A stretch of 64,000 nucleotides of DNA from a bacterium. GTDB taxonomy: Bacteria; SM23-31. Below are positions 49,030-59,195 of this stretch, in pieces (within the stretch, counting starts at the first letter, position 1; every line of letters begins with the position of its first letter). Under the pieces are notes generated by a model, which searched no databases, was not told the DNA's origin, and was given only the letters and a program-made list of their open reading frames with translations. A program made the translations under genes and the position numbers. The stretch spans positions 3,456,001 through 3,520,000 of the forward strand of contig OZ252239.1 of the NCBI GenBank assembly GCA_965249485.1, written 5' to 3'.

Positions 49030-50355
49030 ATGATACGCAAGCAAATTATCCTTGCCGTTCTTCTTTTGCTTTCACTTTTTCAAATTTCATCCGGTCAGGA
49101 AATGAAATCCCGGTCACGTTGGGAAATTTTGAATACAATACGTAATGAGAAATTTGATATTATATTGCCGAAAGTCATGAGGGAAAATAATATTGATATG
49201 TGGATCCACACTATCAAGCAATGGAAACCTGATCCGCTTGGTGTCGACCTTGGAGTGACAAATGGTTATTTTACGGGATATATTATATTTACCGATACCG
49301 GAGACCACAGGATTGAACGAGCGGTTCTCGGTACAAGTGATGAACTTCTCAAAAAAACAGGTGCCTACGATATTTACCAAAGAGAGAGTTCATTGAGAGA
49401 ATTTGTTGCTGAACGTAATCCGGTACGAATTGGTATCAACATGTCAAACCATATTGGCGTAGCAGATGGTCTTTCGCATACCGGCTATCTCAAACTTATT
49501 AACACATTAGGAAGCAGGTTTACAGATCGTATTGTGCCGGCGGATAAACTTATTGCCGATTTCCGTTCATTACGGGTATCGAGTGAGATAAGAGTGTTTA
49601 CACAGGCCGCCGATTTTAACAGGAGTTTGCTCGAACGTGCACTGTCGAATGAGGTTATCACACCAGGAGTTACCACACGGGAAGACGTAGCATGGTGGAT
49701 TCAAGACCAGCTGTTGACCAACGGTATGGATTCTGCGTTTGGTCTCAGTATGCCCGGATTGATCCATTCCTATACGTCCTCACCTGAAGAGTACCGGAAG
49801 TTGGAATATATCTTACAGAGAGGTGATCTGCTCCAATTTGATCTGGGCGTGAGTTATTTGAATTACGGCACCGATGCAAAGCGGCATGCCTACATTCTCC
49901 GTCAGAACGAAACCGATGCTCCACAGGAATTCAAAGCTGCCTTTGAAGAATCGCTCGAAATACGCAACCTTATCCGTAAGCATCTGAAACCGGGAAAAAC
50001 TGGCGCTGAGTTGCTCGAATACCTCTACCGTAAAGTCGAGGAAGCCGGTTATGTGCGGCAGAAAATTGAAGATAGTGTGCAGGATACAGAACTAATCGAG
50101 GTGAATATCGGTATGCATGCAGTCGGGAATCTTGGTCACGACGTCGGACCCTCAATCTGGATCGACCAGCCGTGGCGCTTCAATCATGTTCACCGACCGA
50201 CAAATCTTTTCTCATTTGAGATATTCACTTATCCTACAATCAAGGAATGGGGCGGGAAGAAAGCAAGGATTGGTATCGAGGATGATGCATATTTTTCCAA
50301 AACAGGTGTTGAGTGGCTCACCCCTGTCAATAGCGGCATTCTACTGATTAAATAA
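49030..50355 (+). CDS. Secreted M24-family (Xaa-Pro aminopeptidase-like) peptidase
   Basis: Signal peptide; QFD..YGTDAKRHAY, MHAVGNLGHDVGP, FSFE, IGIEDD (complete D,D,H,E,E ligand set). Confidence 0.8.
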   Translation: MIRKQIILAVLLLLSLFQISSGQEMKSRSRWEILNTIRNEKFDIILPKVMRENNIDMWIHTIKQWKPDPLGVDLGVTNGYFTGYIIFTDTGDHRIERAVLGTSDELLKKTGAYDIYQRESSLREFVAERNPVRIGINMSNHIGVADGLSHTGYLKLINTLGSRFTDRIVPADKLIADFRSLRVSSEIRVFTQAADFNRSLLERALSNEVITPGVTTREDVAWWIQDQLLTNGMDSAFGLSMPGLIHSYTSSPEEYRKLEYILQRGDLLQFDLGVSYLNYGTDAKRHAYILRQNETDAPQEFKAAFEESLEIRNLIRKHLKPGKTGAELLEYLYRKVEEAGYVRQKIEDSVQDTELIEVNIGMHAVGNLGHDVGPSIWIDQPWRFNHVHRPTNLFSFEIFTYPTIKEWGGKKARIGIEDDAYFSKTGVEWLTPVNSGILLIK

Positions 50356-50382
50356 ACTAATATAAAACGGTACTAAAACATT

Positions 50383-50416
50383 AAAAAGGCTGACTCTGAA
50401 TGAGTCAGCCTTTTTT
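50383..50416. terminator. Bidirectional intrinsic terminator
   Basis: AAAAAGGCTGACTC-N5-GAGTCAGCCTTTTTT. Confidence 0.75.
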
Positions 50417-50452
50417 GTTACAAAATATTCTGAATAAAAAATAATCGGACAA

Positions 50453-51124
50453 TTAATTCGATTGTACAATTTCGAGAACATCCTGAACGTTCCGTTTAAA
50501 CGTACCTTCCGGCACAAATTTCTTATCGAAAAAAGCAGATCCTATAGTAAATCCCCATGCACCCGACGCCTTTACTTCCGAAATTCTATCAAAAGAATCA
50601 ATACTGCCAGCTGAGACAACACGTAGGTTCGTCGATTTAACTACGTTTCTAAGCAGCTTTTGGGCATCACCGGAATATCGGTAGGTCAGCAGGTCAAGTC
50701 CATCAACACCTTTTGCCTCCAATTCCTGGGCCTGATCCACAATTTCTTCAATACTGCCGTCAAGATTGCTCGGGTGCCCTGAAATGCTGCCGATAAAGGG
50801 AACATATTTTACTGGAGTATCTTTCAGATAGTGAAGAATGGAATCGTAATAAACTGTACCCATGAGCACATGCACGCCATAATCAACTGCAAGTTTTGCT
50901 GCCCTGAGACCGTCATCTTCGCTTAAACTGACAACTTCCAGCTTAATGGTCTTGCCTGCTTGTTTCATTGTATTGATGAGTGAGTGCATACTGTCGGAAG
51001 GGAGTCCCACATCCTTAAATCCCCAATACTTGATGGGAATGTCCTGCAAGGAATTAAAAAGCTGTTCGGCATCCTGAATTGTTTCATCATTATAGGTCAA
51101 CATTACAATTAAATCGGGTTTCAT
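50453..51124 (-). CDS. Ribulose-phosphate-binding TIM-barrel protein of unknown function
   Basis: IVMLT.ND, GFKDVG, LEVVS, GLDLLTYR, C-terminal AGSI...TIGSA phosphate-binding motif. Confidence 0.6.
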   Translation of the reverse strand: MKPDLIVMLTYNDETIQDAEQLFNSLQDIPIKYWGFKDVGLPSDSMHSLINTMKQAGKTIKLEVVSLSEDDGLRAAKLAVDYGVHVLMGTVYYDSILHYLKDTPVKYVPFIGSISGHPSNLDGSIEEIVDQAQELEAKGVDGLDLLTYRYSGDAQKLLRNVVKSTNLRVVSAGSIDSFDRISEVKASGAWGFTIGSAFFDKKFVPEGTFKRNVQDVLEIVQSN

Positions 51125-51267
51125 ATATCAATTTTCTTATTGTTCATATGTGTCAAATTTATTTGTATTTTAATTTTCTCATAAATTTAGTTATAACAGT
51201 GCAGACTATTAATTGTCTATAACATATTATATCCCCGGCTATAAATCAAGATTTAAATATAGAGAAT

Positions 51268-51597
51268 TCATTTCGATGGGAGCGTATTGATAAATTGTAA
51301 TGCTCTATTTACCCACATTTCCAAATCACTATCATCCTCGAATCCTTCTTCCGCCACGTAAATCAACCCTTTCATAGGTTTCCCGGTAAAATCCATTTTG
51401 CGCGCATGGGGAAGCTCTAATGCCTCTTCGTACTGCTCCGGGCCAACACGAAGCATGAGCTCCGACCAGACAATGCCGCAGCACATATTTCCTCGGACCA
51501 TGAATGCCAATCCACCAAACATCTTTTTCTCTGTAATGTCATGTACTTCCTGCATAGTTTCACGCACACGCTGCGCGACACCTTCATCATAAGCCAT
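51268..51597 (-). CDS. TfoX N-terminal domain protein
   Basis: EKKMFGGLAFMVRGNMCCG, MDFTGKPMKG. Confidence 0.85.
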   Translation of the reverse strand: MAYDEGVAQRVRETMQEVHDITEKKMFGGLAFMVRGNMCCGIVWSELMLRVGPEQYEEALELPHARKMDFTGKPMKGLIYVAEEGFEDDSDLEMWVNRALQFINTLPSK

Positions 51598-51777
51598 ATA
51601 TTTTCCTTACTAATAAATTTTTTAAATTAATCGCTGCTTTATTGCACACACTTATGCAATATAAATGTTTGGAATGGTGAGGATGTTTCGTCGGATTGTG
51701 ATTGACGATTCTATTTCTTTATCGGTGATAATGGGAACCGTTTGAGATCATAGAATTATTACTTTAACGAAAGAAAA

Positions 51778-52611
51778 TCAGGCATCACGGTTTTGTTGTT
51801 CCAGATGGTGGAAATTGTTCCAAAGTCCGATAAGGCCAAGAAGAGCTACATTGGGAAGAAGACATGGAGCAAACAAAGGGGTTCCATAGACAAAATTATC
51901 CCATACATTATCCGAAAGTCCTTCAATATTTGCATAGAGGTGTATTAGAAATCCGACAACCCCGACAACAATCTGAATCAGCATAATGTATACACAAATT
52001 TTTAGAAACGCTTTATTTGGTGTTGTAAAAAGTACTGCTGTCAGACAGCCGACAGCAAAAGCGCTCGACCAGACTGGTGTCCACTCCAATATAGAGAAAA
52101 ATCCGTTTTGGGCATGATCAACAACAGAAAGAATAAAATTACCGACAAAACCACCCAGTGCGAGAAAGATAATCCAGTTTCCCCACTCTTTTGTCTGCGG
52201 ATTTACCATTCTGTTGAGCAAAAGAAGCAAACCCAGTCCGGTGTATGCGAGAGGCGCAACAAACGGCGCAGTATACACAAGTGATTTAAGGGTAAACTGC
52301 TGAAAATACTGGCTTTCCAGATGAAGAATCATTCCGGCAATACCAACAACAATGGATACCCAACCCAACAAGATTCCGGCATGCCGGTGGAACTGATTTT
52401 CAATGTTGCCACCACGTTTGAGTACCGATATACTTAACACCCCGGCAACCACTATCGAAAAGTAAAAAGGTATCCATTCGCTCCAATGTCCAAATTTATT
52501 GATTGAATGCGCAAAATAAATATCGATAACGAGAAATGCATAGTTGAGAATTAAGAATAACTCAATCAGAAATGCCCGGTTTTTGAAGCAATTAATCGTC
52601 TTCGTTTGCAT
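51778..52611 (-). CDS. Polytopic membrane protein with internal duplication, partner of the octaheme cytochrome
   Basis: About 8 hydrophobic segments in two repeats, each with H..N.F...EW.P, G...HL and Y..P..AP; start overlaps the upstream gene. Confidence 0.7.
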   Translation of the reverse strand: MQTKTINCFKNRAFLIELFLILNYAFLVIDIYFAHSINKFGHWSEWIPFYFSIVVAGVLSISVLKRGGNIENQFHRHAGILLGWVSIVVGIAGMILHLESQYFQQFTLKSLVYTAPFVAPLAYTGLGLLLLLNRMVNPQTKEWGNWIIFLALGGFVGNFILSVVDHAQNGFFSILEWTPVWSSAFAVGCLTAVLFTTPNKAFLKICVYIMLIQIVVGVVGFLIHLYANIEGLSDNVWDNFVYGTPLFAPCLLPNVALLGLIGLWNNFHHLEQQNRDA

Positions 52612-53833
52612 GTTCACTTCGGAGTTGTTTTGCAATTTCTTTCATCTCTGTCAACTTAAGCAGCAATTCGTAATTACCGTGCCACTGCACAAAATCTGCA
52701 CCACCCATAAAAGCACCATGTTTTGCCGTACGACTGTAGTAATGCCAGAAATCAAAATAGATAAATTCAATCATTTCGTCAAATGGTTCTGGTGTTAACA
52801 AACCCTCTTCCCGAAGCTTTGCGACGATTTCCTGTGCTTCTTTAACCTTTTCATTCGTACTCTCAACAGAGAGTTCTGCATTCGTGTAAAAATCCTCGAC
52901 ATGTAGTTTAGTGTGACATTTCAGGCAGGTCTCTTTCATTTCATTCTGGCCACGTACCCACCCCGGTCGCTTTTCGGAAACAGCTGCAAACAACCAGTAG
53001 GAAAGCCGTTCTGTAACATCGTGTGTAAATTTCTGCCCTTCGAGACCGCTCATATGACAGGTTGAACACGTTGGAACCGGCATGTCACGTGTGGTCAAAT
53101 TTTTCGGGGGTGCATTAAGGTTCATGAATTGTTTCTGGGCATTAAATAGAACTCCATGTTTCGATTCGTTATAGATCTCTAACTGTGAATGGTCTGGCCC
53201 CATATGGCATTGACCGCATGTCGCCGGCTCACGTGCAAGAGCGATTGAGGTTGAATGACGTGAATGGCAAGTGGTACAGTCACCTATTGAACCATCCATA
53301 TTAGGTTTGCCTATGTCGTGGCATCCGAGACACCCTGATTCAATTGCGCTCGATCCTTCGATAAGTGACAGCTTATTGGCTGGACGGTCAACTGCTCCTT
53401 GATGGTACTGCTCCGCAAATGCAATCTGTTCCGAGGTAAAATCTTGCGCACCACGAACCGCAGCCCAAGCTGGTGCAGCATGCCTACTCCTGAGAAACTG
53501 GTCATACTGAGTTGAATGACATTTACTGCAGTTGAGAGATGTAACTGATTCAGTAATAAAAAATCCGCGGTGCTCAATCCCAGACTGATCATCCTGATGG
53601 CGATGACAATCAAGACAGTTTAATCCCGTTATTGCATGAGCGCTTTGCTCAAATTGGTGAACAACCGCGGAAGTTTCCGCTCTATGACACTCGGCACATT
53701 TTCCCGAAGCAACGACAAATTCGCGTGACGGTTGTTCCGTTTCAACTACAGGTCTCTGAGTATTAATAATGATTGCGGTAACGACAAGCGACGTTCCTAT
53801 AAATATCGAGATAAAAATACCCTGAAAAGACAT
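52592..53833 (-). CDS. Octaheme cytochrome c, hydroxylamine oxidoreductase (HAO) family
   Basis: Eight CxxCH motifs (CAECH, CLDCH, CSKCH, CLGCH, CTTCH, CGQCH, CSTCH, CLKCH), GPDHSQLEIYNESKHG, N-terminal hydrophobic anchor. Confidence 0.88.
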   Translation of the reverse strand: MSFQGIFISIFIGTSLVVTAIIINTQRPVVETEQPSREFVVASGKCAECHRAETSAVVHQFEQSAHAITGLNCLDCHRHQDDQSGIEHRGFFITESVTSLNCSKCHSTQYDQFLRSRHAAPAWAAVRGAQDFTSEQIAFAEQYHQGAVDRPANKLSLIEGSSAIESGCLGCHDIGKPNMDGSIGDCTTCHSRHSTSIALAREPATCGQCHMGPDHSQLEIYNESKHGVLFNAQKQFMNLNAPPKNLTTRDMPVPTCSTCHMSGLEGQKFTHDVTERLSYWLFAAVSEKRPGWVRGQNEMKETCLKCHTKLHVEDFYTNAELSVESTNEKVKEAQEIVAKLREEGLLTPEPFDEMIEFIYFDFWHYYSRTAKHGAFMGGADFVQWHGNYELLLKLTEMKEIAKQLRSEHANEDD

Positions 53834-54109
53834 TGAAACCCTTTCAGTACAACGTTTTGTGTTTAATGTACAGCTCGGTATGCTACAAAAACGAATGCAG
53901 TGCAAATAAAAATGCCGGAGGGTTTAAATTACTAAATCTAAAAATTATATTCAACTAATTTATAAGATTTCTTTAATAAAAATGCGGGCGTTTTGTCCGC
54001 TTTTCACCATAAATTACATTTTGAGACGTAAAATAACCTGTTAAATTATGTAATGCACCAATTTCGTGTATCCCATGAGTGATTAAATGAAGAAAGACGG
54101 AAGAATTGA

Positions 54110-54502
54110 TTATTCTGAAGAACTATCTGAAACTTCATCAAGGACAGATTTAATTTTATCTAATAGATCCTGCATTACGAGTGGTTTCGAAAAATAAGCC
54201 TCTGCACCCATATCGATAATTTCCTGTTTAAGCTTATCATTGGTAATAACACCGGAAATAAAAATGATCGGTGTCTCTTTAGTCGGTTCGAAATTCCGAA
54301 TATCCTGATAGAGAGCAGTCCCGCCTATATTCGGCAGGACCATATCAAGAATTATGAGATCCGGAACGGTTGCTTTCAAAATATCGATTGCCGCATCACC
54401 GTCTTCGGCTGCAATAACTTTGTGCGAGGTAAAATCATGAATATACGTTGAAATGAGCTGCCGAATTCCACCATCATCATCGACAACAAGAATTGTTTTC
54501 AT
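54110..54502 (-). CDS. Single-domain response regulator receiver
   Basis: ILVVDDD, DLIILDMVLP, PIIFIS, YFSKP. Confidence 0.9.
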   Translation of the reverse strand: MKTILVVDDDGGIRQLISTYIHDFTSHKVIAAEDGDAAIDILKATVPDLIILDMVLPNIGGTALYQDIRNFEPTKETPIIFISGVITNDKLKQEIIDMGAEAYFSKPLVMQDLLDKIKSVLDEVSDSSSE

Positions 54503-54745
54503 TACACATTCTCCTCATGCATTTAATTGTTCGTGCAGTCATAAGTTGCTCATATTCAAAATTAAATCTGACAATCATATTCGCATACAACAATATAGCA
54601 AATTCATTTTATATCCACTATAACTTATTTTAAAATAATTTCCAACAATTTCAAGTTATTTCTTTAACTACTTTTTCTCATTTTCACCTATCTCTCACTC
54701 TTTTAAATAAGTATAGGTAATAGTGACTGTGACTGGAAAAAAATA

Positions 54746-56090
54746 TTACTCCTGCACAATTATACCATCTCTCACAACAACATATCCATCCCTGATTACC
54801 ATTTCGACATTCTTGAGATCGTTAAGATTTTCATCAGGATTACCGTCAATAACAATAATATCTGCCAGTTTACCGACTTCAATGGTCCCAAGTCTGTCAT
54901 CCATATCAAGAATTTCCGCACTCACACTTGTTGCCGCAGTCAAAGCTTCCGGAATTGTGAATCCTGCCTGAATATAGAGTTCCAACTCGTCTATATATGG
55001 CTGCGGCATTTCTCTGATTTTATATCCCCACATATCAAGGCCTACCCCAATGGTAATTCCGGCATCTTTCAATTTTCTCACCATTTCGACCATCGATTCT
55101 TTTGATAGAGAAAATCTCCGTGACGGAGAATTGAAATAACCGCCGAAGTCATCCAATATATAAACATATGGAACGATTGTAGGATCAGCTTGAGTACCAT
55201 TTTCCGCCATGAGACGAATGGTCTCATCAGAGCGGGGAAGCGGATGTTCAATGACATCGACACCGGCCTCAACAGCCCACTGAATATAAAAAGTCTCTGC
55301 ATCTGCCGCGACCTTGTGACCAAGCGCATGTGCTTCATCAACTGCAGCCTGAATTTCTTCACGGCTGAAATGACTTGCAACTTTTATGACATCAGCACCT
55401 TTATTGAACTGATCCCGTACGGCTTCACGCCATTCATCCGGGCCATTGGCTGTTACAACATCCTCACCCGGAGGATTCACCGTCAAACGGCTCTCGGCAC
55501 CGTGACCTCCTGTCGATGTGATCAGATGTCCAGCAGGAAAAATACGGGGACCAGGAAGACGGTTCATTGAAACCCATTCCTTGAGACGGAATGGAATCAT
55601 ACCGAATGATGCGAGATCGCGTATACTTGTGATACCGCTTTTGATAAAATAGCGCATCCGTTCCACTGAAAGGAGCGTCAATTCCGGTTCGATGAGCGGA
55701 CTTCCCTCTTCCACTTCCGATATGTGCGTATGCAGATCGATAAGCCCTGGCATAATGGTCTTTCCCGAAACATCGATTACGGTTTCACTATGAGGAATCC
55801 ACTCCTCACCCTGCCAGACGACTGATTTAATTTTGTTCCGCTCTATTATTACAGTACCCTGTCGGGTAGGTGATCCGGTACCATCAAATATTCTTCCGTT
55901 TGTCAATACCAGCGTTCCTTCTGGTCCTTTTGGTACATGTAGGAACAGGTGTGCGGCGGGGATCATCGGACACAGTTGTGTTTTCGTCGATCCACACTCT
56001 TCTATCCTGAGCCCGTTCCTGACCAATGACAGTTTTTGAAAGAGAAAACATTATTGCAAACACGATACATAAGAAGCTAATCTTATTCAT
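54746..56090 (-). pseudogene. Secreted amidohydrolase (prolidase-like) with a frameshift near the 5' end
   Basis: Signal peptide to SDDPRRTPVP in one frame, VPKGPEGTLVLTNGRIFDGTG...PGLIDLHTH in another; span is 3n+1; shift near 55935-55945. Confidence 0.75.
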
Positions 56091-56284
56091 TTTTCTATTC
56101 TCCTGATTTTCACAAATCTTATATTCATATCCTACTTTTCAGACTGTGGATTGATTGGAATTGTTTTGTGCGACTGAGGAACAAACGATATATTGCAATT
56201 GTTTTACCATAGATTGCTCGTAGCGATATCCAAATCTAATTCACTTCTACGTAATTATACATTCAACTTTCCTGGAGAACTATC

Positions 56285-56710
56285 ATGGGTAAAACATATC
56301 AGTCAGTAGTAATAAATGCATCATTAGATGATGTATGGTCAACTATCAGGGACTTTCACGATTTTTCATGGGCGCCGAACGTGATTACCAAATGTATTGT
56401 GGTTGGAGATTTACGTGGTGATCAGATAGGCGCAAAACGGATTTTGAATGATGCGTTTCATGAAACACTTCTCGAATTGAGTGATCTCAATCATATTATT
56501 CGGTATAGTATTGACAATGGACCTGAACCGGTTTCTCAATCTGATGTGTCCGATTATGTCGGTGAACTCTCGGTCAGACCTGTCACGGAAGATAATGCAA
56601 CTTTTGTCGAATGGTCATCCTCTTGGGAAGGGAGTAATTCCCAAACATATGATTTTTGTCATGGAATATATTTGGGTCTGCTTGCAGACCTTAAAAAAAA
56701 GTTTTCTTAG
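56285..56710 (+). CDS. SRPBCC/polyketide-cyclase-like protein
   Basis: VWSTIRDFH, GAKR, ETLLELSD, TFVEWSS. Confidence 0.8.
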   Translation: MGKTYQSVVINASLDDVWSTIRDFHDFSWAPNVITKCIVVGDLRGDQIGAKRILNDAFHETLLELSDLNHIIRYSIDNGPEPVSQSDVSDYVGELSVRPVTEDNATFVEWSSSWEGSNSQTYDFCHGIYLGLLADLKKKFS

Positions 56711-56822
56711 TGCAATGTGCCGGGAATCTAAAATATTAGTGTATTCCCTTTTTCACGGATCCCCGGTTCACTTAATTGCGGGATTTTACAGACAGGATTT
56801 CATAAAAATAATCAACCGGGAA

Positions 56823-57305
56823 TTACAATCCACAGGAATCCTTGCCTTGTTTACCAAGATAGTCCTGATGGTACTCCTCAGCTCTATAAAATACTCCGGC
56901 GGATTTAATTTCGGTAACAATATCATCTGCGAAAACACCAGACTCCTGCAATTTCTTTTTAGAATTGTGGGCAATTGACTCCTGATCAGGAGTGTGAAAA
57001 AAGATTGCCGACCGGTATTGTGTACCATAATCAGGACCCTGTCTGTTGAGTGTTGTGGGGTCATGAATATTCCAAAACAATCCTAACAGGTCATCATAGG
57101 AGACTTTTGCCGGATCAAATTCTATTTCTATAACCTCAGCATGTCCCGTTGTTTCGGTACACACTTCCTGATACGTTGGGTTGTCTTTCATCCCGCCTTC
57201 ATACCCGACAGCCGTCCAAACAACACCATCTATTTTTTTGAATGCTGACTCAACTCCCCAGAAACAACCTGCGCCAAATGTTGCCTTTTCCACTTTATTC
57301 TCCAA
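56823..57305 (-). CDS. msrA: Peptide methionine sulfoxide reductase A
   Basis: [28 protein letters not shown]. Confidence 0.95.
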   Translation of the reverse strand: MENKVEKATFGAGCFWGVESAFKKIDGVVWTAVGYEGGMKDNPTYQEVCTETTGHAEVIEIEFDPAKVSYDDLLGLFWNIHDPTTLNRQGPDYGTQYRSAIFFHTPDQESIAHNSKKKLQESGVFADDIVTEIKSAGVFYRAEEYHQDYLGKQGKDSCGL

Positions 57306-57564
57306 TTAACTTGTTTTAGTCCATGACTGGTAAACTGTTTAAGTTTAAATATTTATCATGTTTTTTGCAAGAGTAAATTCGGCAAACCTTCCGGTGTACC
57401 TTTCTCTATTTCAGGTATATTCCATTAGAGTTGAGAATTGTATAATAACGACTATGTTTTGCCTTTTTAAGAAAACGTATTGCTTTTCACCGGAAACTGT
57501 ATTTTATTTAAGTAATAGAGCTGTATAAGGTTAAATTGTATAGGAAACACCTTGGAGGCAGTAT

Positions 57565-57930
57565 ATGACGAAATATGTTGACTCGACTGAACAACTTGTT
57601 GTGGAAATATTTGTACGCAATATCAAGTTGTCAAAGAACTTTTATACGACAATAGGATTTAAACTCATCAGAGGAGATGATATGTTTGTTGAGTTGGCAT
57701 GGGAAGACCATAAGCTTTTTCTTGTTGGTGGTAAAGACTTACCACCTCCTCTCAACTATTCAACGGCAAACCTCCGAATCATGGTTCCACGAGTTGATGA
57801 GTACTGGAATCTTATCCAGGGAATTGGTGTACCAATCAAAAGTTCTATTGGCGACCGTTCTTACGGAATTAGAGATTTTTCATTTATTGATCCTGATGGT
57901 TTTGGTATCCGATTCGGCACTTGGATTTAA
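57565..57930 (+). CDS. VOC/glyoxalase family protein
   Basis: FYTTIGF, YGIRDFSFIDPDG; GGAGG RBS. Confidence 0.8.
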   Translation: MTKYVDSTEQLVVEIFVRNIKLSKNFYTTIGFKLIRGDDMFVELAWEDHKLFLVGGKDLPPPLNYSTANLRIMVPRVDEYWNLIQGIGVPIKSSIGDRSYGIRDFSFIDPDGFGIRFGTWI

Positions 57931-58032
57931 TATGCCGCTAACAGACGCATGAAAGAACTGAAGAAAAGTCAAAGCGTATACTATTAGCTATAGTTAATTA
58001 ATAATTGTATTCCAGATGTTGTACAGGGAATT

Positions 58033-58368
58033 ATGACACAAAAAGAAAAAGATGAAATAAAAAAACTCATCCTCGAAGAGATGGAATCGATTCAGAAAAC
58101 CATTGCTGAGCTGGTAGAACTGACAAAACCTGATCCGCAACAGGATGCGAATGACTGGTTCACGACCAAAGAGAGTAATATCAGCAAAGCAATAAATGAA
58201 AAAGCATTAGAAAAAAACAGGATCAAACTTACCCAACTACACCAGACACTTATCCGTATCGACAGTCCGCAATTCGGTATTTGTATACGGTGTAAACAAC
58301 CGATTCCGTTCGTCCGCATCGAGGCAATGCCTGAAACCGAACGGTGTGTTCAGTGTGCAAGCATTTAA
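58033..58368 (+). CDS. TraR/DksA C4-type zinc-finger protein
   Basis: FGICIRC..PIP..RIEAMP...CVQC. Confidence 0.85.
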   Translation: MTQKEKDEIKKLILEEMESIQKTIAELVELTKPDPQQDANDWFTTKESNISKAINEKALEKNRIKLTQLHQTLIRIDSPQFGICIRCKQPIPFVRIEAMPETERCVQCASI

Positions 58369-58441
58369 GCTGTTGGAAATTCTTTGTAGGCTCTCTTATT
58401 TAGGGTTATGCCGGTGAAGCAATAACATTATTTTCCGAGAA

Positions 58442-59077
58442 TTATAAAAATATCTGAACTGCCAGCATACTACAAAATCCAATAACGAATGCCCATGCTA
58501 CTTCAGTGGGATTTCTTTTTATGAGTGCATGGGGAATTATTTCAAAGATAACAAGATAGATCATTGCTCCCGCTGCAAAGCCGAGAAAAGGAATTAGAAG
58601 CGGTTTAAAGAGCCACACCAGCATACTTGCAGGAATTGCAGCAATCGGCTGCGGAAGACTTGTCAAAAACGCCACAAAAAAACATTTTCGGACACTTGCG
58701 CCATTGCTCCGAAATGGTATCGAGACTGCCAGTCCTTCGGGTATATTATGGATTGCTATGGCAATAGCGATATAATGGCCAAAATTACTGATACTGTCAA
58801 AGACAAATGCCGAATCATAGCCGACACCGACCGCAACACCCTCAGGGATGCTATGGAACGACATCGCAACAAAGAGAAGTATCTCTGTTCTGGTACCGAT
58901 TTTTTTAATGAATCTACGCTCTAACCTCTCTTCAGTTAAATATTTTTCAATGAGCCAGATAAAGAGTGAACCAAGAAGGATACCGGTGATAATAAGAAGC
59001 ACGGCTTTTAATCGCGATTGACTAAGGCCGAATGTCACAGCAGGTATTATCAAATTATAGACTAATGCAGAAATCAA
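58442..59077 (-). pseudogene. ZIP-family (GufA/ZupT) metal transporter, apparently 5'-truncated
   Basis: FHSIPEGVAVG, IHNIPEGLAV, FAAGAM; begins at ISALVY with no preceding N-terminal helices and no good RBS. Confidence 0.65.
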
Positions 59078-59195
59078 TGGATCTCATTTACATTTCGCAA
59101 CGAACATTTCAAAGCACTTTTCTGCTAAATATTATTTATACCCATAAAATCAAGTTTCAGGTTCATGGAAATTCTACTAATTTTTGGAGGCGATC

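Noticed and set aside
52592..53833. Evidence for aerobic ammonia oxidation or anammox
   Set aside because: No amo, cycAB or hzs genes here, and the protein appears to lack the cross-linking Tyr
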